The notes under the pieces are model-generated. The model searched no databases and had not been told where the DNA came from. It saw only the letters and a list, made by a program, of their open reading frames with translations. 32,232 nt of DNA from Octopus bimaculoides (lineage: Eukaryota): assembly GCF_001194135.2 (NCBI RefSeq), contig NC_068992.1, positions 27,905,792-27,938,023 on the forward strand, given 5' to 3'. Shown here piece by piece: positions 22,201 to 30,700 of this stretch. How positions within the stretch are numbered: the stretch's first letter is position 1; each line of letters begins with the position of its first letter. Made by a program: the position numbers and the translations under genes.

Positions 22201-24751
22201 CAAATTATATCAGTAATATTGTAAATTTATGTGAATAAAACCAAATTTAGTATAGACCAACTTAAAAGATAATCAACTTTCTGAATATTATCGACACACT
22301 GTCTTGTCCAGTAACACACAATATTACTGTATTAACAATATTATACTGTATATTACACAATATTAACACATAATACAAGTTTACTGATGATAAATTTAAA
22401 TTTAAAGGAAATTTTAATAGCTACTATACATTATTAAAGTCTATAATATTTATACTGCATTTCTATTAATACAAATAAATTGTGCCGTCCAGGGCAGACT
22501 TCCCTCCCTGCCCCACACTTGGTATGCCGTGACCTCACTTGTGCTGGTGCCATGAAAAAGGCACCCAAGTAGACTTTGAGATTGTAATGTAGTAAGGATC
22601 AGTGTCCTCATGTACCTGAAGACCCAGACAGTTGCAGTAGAGATCTTCTTTCAACATTTTGTAAATCAGTTTTGAAATTAGTCCAAGTAAGGTGGTGAGC
22701 TGGCAGAATCATTAGCACACTGGGAAAAACGCTTAGTGGCATTTTATCCATATTTACATTCTAAGTTCAAATCCTGCCTAGGTTGACTTTGCTTTTTGTC
22801 CTTTTGAGGTCAATAAAATAAATACCAGTTGAGCACTAAAGTCTATGTCAGGGGTTTTCAAACTTTTTGACTTGCGGACCCCTTTATATTTCAGGCTTTA
22901 CCTTAGGGAACCCCTTATAAACGCTTATGAAATTTACACATAAATATTTGCTTAAAATAACACATATTTTTACATTTATTTATTTAACCGTATTTAACAA
23001 ATAGGTTTATCGTCAATTAAAAGATTTCGATTAAAAAACATATATAAAATCAAATTGCCCATAAAAAGTATTTGCTGTCCACGGAGCCCCTGTCTTGTCC
23101 TTGCGGACCCCCTGTGGTCCAGGGACCACAGTTTGAAAACCCGTGGTCTATGTAATCAACTTAACTCCTACCCTGAAATTGTTGGCCTTATGCCAAAATT
23201 TGAAATTTACCTGATCTTCATAAGTTGCAAGAAAGGTAAAAGTTGTAATTGTAATACTGTGGAAGCAAAAATGTTGAATAAATAAGTTTAAGTTGCAGTA
23301 AGAAAAAAATATCTAAGATTTTCATTGAAAATCATTCATTTTCAGTGATTTGACTTTGTTTAGTCAAAAAAAGAAATCTTTATTTTACAGGATGAACAAC
23401 GGACGAAGGCATGTCAGATCTTACAACAATACTTCTCTTCATCTAACAACAATATTATTTTGGAAAAGAAGATCATTAAGATGATGGAAGCTTTTGTTCT
23501 TGGAGACACAGTAAGTCTGTTTACTTTATTTGTTCTTCCATTTATTTCTTCATACTGAGATAACTTTTTTGATGTAGAGGTGCTAGAATTAGTTAAAACA
23601 AGACTGCTGTGGTTCTATCTTGATCCAGTTTCATAAGATAACTCAGTTGTTTGTGGAAACTTATATATTCTGATGACCTGGTCCTCATAGCTGATTTGGT
23701 CAAAGATCAACAAAAGAAATTCCAAGCTTGGAAGCGAAATTTAGATTTTAGAGACCTTAGATTCAACCTAGCAAAGACTAAAGTTTTAGTTAACAGGAAA
23801 TGAGACAAGACTTAACTTCTATAGAGAAAGGATTCATGCTTGAGACTGGCAGCAGCATTGGAGGTGACAATAGATGTGAAATCAACTCCTTCAAAGCTGG
23901 GAAGGCTCCCTAGAATTATTTTTTGTTACTCAGGTCACTTAATTAACTGTGGAAGTGGATGTTCTGAAAGCTCAGTTGATAAAGTAAGAATGGTGTGCTA
24001 AAAGTTCAAGGAGCTATTACCTCAGCTGGCAACAAAAAGTTTCTCTTTCCTAGTGAAGGGCAGATTCTACATCATCATTGTCATCATTTAACGTCCATTT
24101 TCCATGCTGGCATGGGTTGGACTGAGGTCTGGGAAGCCAGGAGGCTGCACCAGGCTCCAGTCTGATCTGGCAGTGTTACTACAGCTGGATGCCCTTCCTA
24201 ATGTCAACCACTCCGAGTGTGTAGTGGGTGCTTTTTTACATGTCACTGACACAGGGGCCAAAGGGAGCTGGCATCGACCACGTTTGGATGGTGCTTTTTA
24301 CATGCCACCGACACAGGGATCACAACTACAATTTCTATTTGATTGTGATTTTATTTTATTTTGATGTACTTGACTCAGTAGGTCTCCTCAAGCACGGCAT
24401 GTTGTCCTACAAACTAAGGTACTTTTGAGTGGGTTGGTTATGCGACACTGGTGTAGGTTACAGCTGTGAACTCACTTTATTTGCCGGGTCTTCTCAGTCA
24501 CAGCATATCTCCAGAGGTCTCAGTCTTTTGTCATTGCCTCTGTGAAGCCCAACATATTGTGATATTATATGTGATGCGTGCGGGTGACACGTAAAAGCAC
24601 CCACTACACTCTCTGAGTGGTTGGCGTTAGGAAGGGCATCCAGCTGTAGAAACTCTGCCAAATTAGATTGGAACCTGGTGTTGCCATCCGGTTTCACCAG
24701 TCCTCAGTCAAATCGTCCAACCCATGCTAGCATGGAAAGCAGACGTTAAAC

Positions 24752-24782
<31 letters not shown>

Positions 24783-27700
24783 TTATAAAGGTTTGAAAGA
24801 AATAAGGTAAGCATGCTTTGCTGAATGAGTAATGCTTGGTGAATGAATAACAGAGCACAAACTGAGAGAAAAAAACTAGATATAAAAAGATTCAGATGTC
24901 GTTTCTGAGAGAGACATCTTGCTGGTCTGAGCATGTACTGGTTAAAGAAATACCAAATGCTACAAGATGGTAATTGTTTTTCAAGTCAGGGATATTTTTT
25001 ATTCCAGATGTTTGTGAAAGTGCGGAGTGACTGGTCGTGATGTCAACAAAGAATATCAACAATACCACTGTTTTGTTCAAGCTTTGACAGTATTCACACA
25101 TATATGTATATGTGTTTGTGCATGCATGTACACACACATACACGACAGATTTCCTTCAGTTTTGCTGCTACCAAATTGACTCACAAGGCATTAAGTGAGT
25201 CTAGAGCCATATTAAAGATATTTACTCCTCCAACCCATGCCAGCATGGAAAACGGATGTTAAATGATGATGATGATGATGATGATGTGCTGCTTAGTGGG
25301 GTTGAACTCAAGGTGTTGTCTTATTCAGTGGAGAGTCTTGCACTTTCAGCTTAAATACTTTGAAAATCTGGATAAACCGAGTCTTGTGAACATATAGGCT
25401 CAACGCAGATTCTGTGTGTGTGTGTGTGAGTGTGTGGGTGTAGAAGATATGAATGAACTTTCTTCCCAAGTCATGTTCACTCATAAAGCTGGTTTCCCAG
25501 ATTCTGTAGCATATATACTCCCTCATTGAACAGAATGCCAGTCTGTCACAGGAATACTCATTTTTACTGCAAGTGTTGACTCCTGTAAAATTGCTGGCCT
25601 TGTGCCAAAATTAAGAACCAAGGTGTATATATATATATATATATAACTTCCCTTGGCAAACAGGACACAGTCGTGTGTCGATAANNNNNNNNNNNNNNNN
25701 NNNNNNNNNNNNNNNNNNNNNNNNNNNNNNNNNNNNNNNNNNNNNNNNNNNNNNNNNNNNNNNNNNNNNNNNNNNNNNNNNNNNNNNNNNNNNNNNNNNN
25801 NNNNNNNNNNNNNNNNNNNNNNNNNNNNNNNNNNNNNNNNNNNNNNNNNNNNNNNNNNNNNNNNNNNNNNNNNNNNNNNNNNNNNNNNNNNNNNNNNNNN
25901 NNNNNNNNNNNNNNNNNNNNNNNNNNNNNNNNNNNNNNNNNNNNNNNNNNNNNNNNNNNNNNNNNNNNNNNNNNNNNNNNNNNNNNNNNNNNNNNNNNNN
26001 NNNNNNNNNNNNNNNNNNNNNNNNNNNNNNNNNNNNNNNNNNNNNNNNNNNNNNNNNNNNNNNNNNNNNNNNNNNNNNNNNNNNNNNNNNNNNNNNNNNN
26101 NNNNNNNNNNNNNNNNNNNNNNNNNNNNNNNNNNNNNNNNNNNNNNNNNNNNNNNNNNNNNNNNNNNNNNNNNNNNNNNNNNNNNNNNNNNNNNNNNNNN
26201 NNNNNNNNNNNNNNNNNNNNNNNNNNNNNNNNNNNNNNNNNNNNNNNNNNNNNNNNNNNNNNNNNNNNNNNNNNNNNNNNNNNNNNNNNNNNNNNNNNNN
26301 NNNNNNNNNNNNNNNNNNNNNNNNNNNNNNNNNNNNNNNNNNNNNNNNNNNNNNNNNNNNNNNNNNNNNNNNNNNNNNNNNNNNNNNNNNNNNNNNNNNN
26401 NNNNNNNNNNNNNNNNNNNNNNNNNNNNNNNNNNNNNNNNNNNNNNNNNNNNNNNNNNNNNNNNNNNNNNNNNNNNNNNNNNNNNNNNNNNNNNNNNNNN
26501 NNNNNNNNNNNNNNNNNNNNNNATATATATATATATATATATATATAGATAGATATATTGTTTCATTAAAATTTCTAATGAGAACAGACAAATGTTGATA
26601 ATTGCTACAACTTTAGAAGAATCCAAAGATGACAAATATATATATATATATATTGCATAAGGAATATATAGTAGTAATATCATTTCATCTAAACATGCCA
26701 TTTCGGGAGGTAGGGGCCCACTTTCTACAGCAGTGGTTCCCAACCTTTTCACTACCAAGGACCCCTTTTATTTAAATGAGTTTTCCCACTGATCCCTTTT
26801 AATATGCTTATCCTTATGTGTGTGTGTCTGTGTGAAATTTTGAATTTAGTTCACAGAACCCCAGTACTACTTTTGCAGACCACAGTTTGAGAACCACTGC
26901 TCTACAGTTTTATTTGTATTCTCTCTCTTGCAGGGACTGGATGGTTTTGCCGATGGCCAGACCCAGGTTTACCAACTGTTAGAAAAAGAACATTATTCAT
27001 CTTTCATAGTCAGTGATATTTATCATGAATATATAGCTGCTCTGGAAAGTGAACCCTCTGCAAAATCTCCTCTTGGTAAGATATCTATTATTTCTGTTCT
27101 CATTGTTGTTTTCCTTCTTTCTTTGCTCTTTCATAAGTTGTGATTGTTATTTTGTCTATGAATGTTTTAGTTAAGAGTGAAGAACAGCACCAAAGATTTA
27201 TTATAAGGCCTATGAGATGGACGAGAGGAAGGGAGGAAGATATCATCAAACCAAAGACCTGGCTCAAATATTTACATTAAAACAGAGACTTTGCTAAAGG
27301 TCTTAAACGAGCTGAGTGGGGTGAGGTGGGGGTGGGGGATTAAACCAGGTGGTGGATTAAGTCTATCCTCTCAGAGTTATCCTCCAGGTCAGCCCTGATT
27401 TAACCGATCTACAATCAGTGAAATTCCATCTGTGACCATCCTGTTTTTTCTGTATACTATGCACCCAAGATCACTTTATCTAATGTGTTCCTCTTTCCTC
27501 AGACAGTAGAATGTGACTTGAAGGAAATTTGGCTGTTATTTCTAGTAAACTAATAGACCATGTAATAGTATCTTGTTGGCTCTTGTTATTATCATTGCCA
27601 CTAGTATTGTTGTTGCTGAGCAGCCTCTTAATGGAGTTTCTTAGCAACAAAAAGAGAGTAACCAAACAGCGCTAGAGCAACATGGAATGAAGTGTTTTGC

Positions 27701-30700
27701 TCAAGAACACAACACACTACTCAGTCCAGGAAGTGAACGACCAACCTGATGGCCATGAATGCAACACACTAACCATTTGGCCTCTCACTGTTGTTTAACT
27801 TTCTTAATTTATATGTGAGTGTGTTTGTGTTTGTAAACCCTAGTAGTGGTGGTATTGGTGGTGGTGTGGGGGCATGCTCTGTAATAGTGCATCACTGCAT
27901 CCACCGTTGGCTGGATTCCCTACACCTGGCCGATGACATCTTTGCACCACTCAGGCAACAGCCTCCAGCCCATAGGTCTGTTTGGGTAGTCGTCATTGCT
28001 GGTAAGGGTTTTATGAGGCCAGACATACCAACATGTCCAATTTATCTATTTCTCTGTAGATTAAATGAACAGCCTTGAATCTATATCCAATCCTTATTGG
28101 AGTCTTTGCAGAGATATCTACATTACTTGACCAATTCCAGAGAAATGAGTAGCCAATCTGTTTGCATACAAATTAAATCCAGTCGTTCCAGAAAACTGGA
28201 GCATACTATATATGTTTACTGATTCCAACTCTTCTCTCTCTCTCTCTCTCTCTTTCTCATTTGCAGACGATAGTATTGATGGTAAAGAGAGTTTTAGTTC
28301 CTTTGAAGTGGGCAAAGATGTCCTTTTCGCTGATCAGTCATATTCCATCCAGAAGAAACTTGAGAAACTGGATGAAAAAATTGTCAATAAAAGTCAAGCC
28401 CTCGCTACATTGCTCAGTTCTACCAAAGCTGATTCTAAGGTGGGTTCTAATGGAATTTTTATTTATTTACTTATTTTTTGCCCTAGTTTCAAGATGTTAA
28501 GTCACATTGTTATTATTAGGGTTAACCTGAATATTTGCAACTAAGAGAATTCCTTAAGGGCCACTCAGGTCCAGTGGTGATGTTAATCTCCCAATATGTC
28601 AGAGAAGAAGGTTCAGTTTGATAATATGCTCTGTAATAACAATTACCAGACATCACTGATATATATGCACCATCCGAACGTGCCCCCTGACTGGCTCCTG
28701 TGCCAGTGACACATAAAAAAGCACAATCCAAACGTGATTGATGACAGGTCCACCTGCTGGTGGCATGTAAAAAGCACCCACTACATTCTCAGAGTGATTG
28801 GCATTAGGAAGGGCATCCAGCTGTAGTAACCTTGCCAGATCAGATTGGAGCCTGGTGCATGGAAAATGGACGTTAAACAACAATGATGATAATATTTGTG
28901 AAGGTTTGTGGCTGAGTGGTTAGATTATTTGGCTCAGGATTGTAAGATTGTGGGTTCGATTCCTGGTAGCGCTTTGTGTTCTTGAGCAAGACTCTTTATT
29001 TCATTTTGCTCTAGGCTGCTCAGCTGGCAAAACTGAGTTGTATCTATAATTCAAAGGGCCAACCTTATCACATTTTGTGTCACACTGAATCTCCTGACGA
29101 CTACATTAAAGGTAGATGTATCTGGAGTACTCAACCACTTGCATATTAATTTCATGAGGAGGCTATTCCATTGTTCAGATCAACTGGAACCCTCACCTTC
29201 ATAACTGACAAAGTGCCAGAATGAATGTGTGTGCATATGTATGCATGTGTCTGTATATATGTATGTGTGTGTGTACGTATACAGGGTGACCCCCTTCGGT
29301 CATGAATGACCATGGGATTGCACCTAGAAAGTTACCCTCTGAGGCACAAATCTGGGCAAGGTTGTTTATGGAAGATCAGCAGTTGCCCATGCACACCAGC
29401 CTCGCCTCTCCACTCCACTGATGTTGTCCAAGGGAAAGGCAAAGGCCGATGCAGCTTGACACCAGAGACATTGCAACTCATTTCTACAGCTGAGTGAACT
29501 GGAGCAACGTGAAATAAAGTGTCTTGCTTAAGTCTTCCCAGTCTGGGAATCAAACTCACTACCTCACGATCATAAGCTCAACACTCTAACCACTGAGCCC
29601 TGCTTTGTTATTTATATATATANNNNNNNNNNNNNNNNNNNNNNNNNNNNNNNNNNNNNNNNNNNNNNNNNNNNNNNNNNNNNNNNNNNNNNNNNNNNNN
29701 NNNNNNNNNNNNNNNNNNNNNNNNNNNNNNNNNNNNNNNNNNNNNNNNNNNNNNNNNNNNNNNNNNNNNNNNNNNNNNNNNNNNNNNNNNNNNNNNNNNN
29801 NNNNNNNNNNNNNNNNNNNNNNNNNNNNNNNNNNNNNNNNNNNNNNAACACCTAAAGCTCCACGAGGCTCCGGCAGGGGATGGTGGCGAACCCTGCTGTA
29901 CTCTGCCACCATAACTTTCTCTCACTCTTACTTCTTGTTTCTGTTGTGCCTGTAATTCAAAGGGTCAGCCTTGTCACACTGTGTCACACTGAATATCCCC
30001 GAGAACTACGTTAACGGTACACATGTCTGTGGAGTACTCAGCCACTTGCTTGTTAATTTTACGAGCAGGCTGTTCCGTTGATCGAATCAACTGGAATCCT
30101 CGACGTCGTAAGCGACGGAGTGCCAACAACAACATATATATACATATATACATGTCCAGTGAGTTCACCATTTTTTTTTTTCCAATGAAATAGTTTTTAA
30201 CTATTAATAGTGAGATACTATGGATATATTTTCTTGGTAAACTTTCCTCACAGTGAATTGATGGCAGTGAACTTTCCCTCTGATGAATTGATGGTGGTGA
30301 ACTTATCTGTAATCATATATACAAAAATACACATCATGCACAAATATGGTGTAGTGGTTAAGAGCACGGGCTACTAACCCCAAGACTCTGAGTTCGATTC
30401 CAGGCAGTGACCTGAATAGTAGTAATAATAAATAATGATAATAATAACATCAAAAAATACCTTAGGAATGAGAACCCAGGTTCAAAATTTCCCCAAGACA
30501 CCTGATGAAGGCTGGAGGGTATACCAGCCAAAACATTGTGGTAACAACAAACAAGATGTGGACAAATATCCATCAAATGTAAGTAAATGTAAATAATGTA
30601 TGTCAACATGTTATCAATTTTTTTCTTTACAGTTTAAAAAAGTTGTTGATGACTTAAAGAAAGAATTGGAAACATTGCATTGTGAAAAGAACCAATTTGC

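Noticed and set aside
25523-26758. Long ORFs of 299-411 aa, and 79-116 aa ORFs near 29.6-29.9 kb
   Set aside because: They are artefacts of N gaps translated as X.
28060-28225. Strong-looking acceptor tttctctgtAG at 28058-28059
   Set aside because: All three frames close within a few codons and there is no convincing donor.
28905-28975. tRNA-like A/B-box sequences (also 29530-29598, 30346-30410, 31420-31495)
   Set aside because: I could not form a complete cloverleaf or acceptor stem, and each runs into a repeat body, so they are SINE heads rather than tRNA genes.
25685-29847. Possibility that SNX25 coding exons are hidden in the N gaps
   Set aside because: Exons 11-12 and 13-14 join in phase with continuous RGS and coiled-coil similarity. 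A small optional exon cannot be excluded.
10401-30290. Other CTGATGA occurrences (about 10401, 22097, 22384, 23671, 30280)
   Set aside because: None is followed by a stem II hairpin plus GAAA and a matching stem I, so they are not hammerheads.
30237-30304. 2.3 copies of a 30-bp tandem unit
   Set aside because: It is real but short and degenerate, with no structural or coding signal; an ordinary local duplication.
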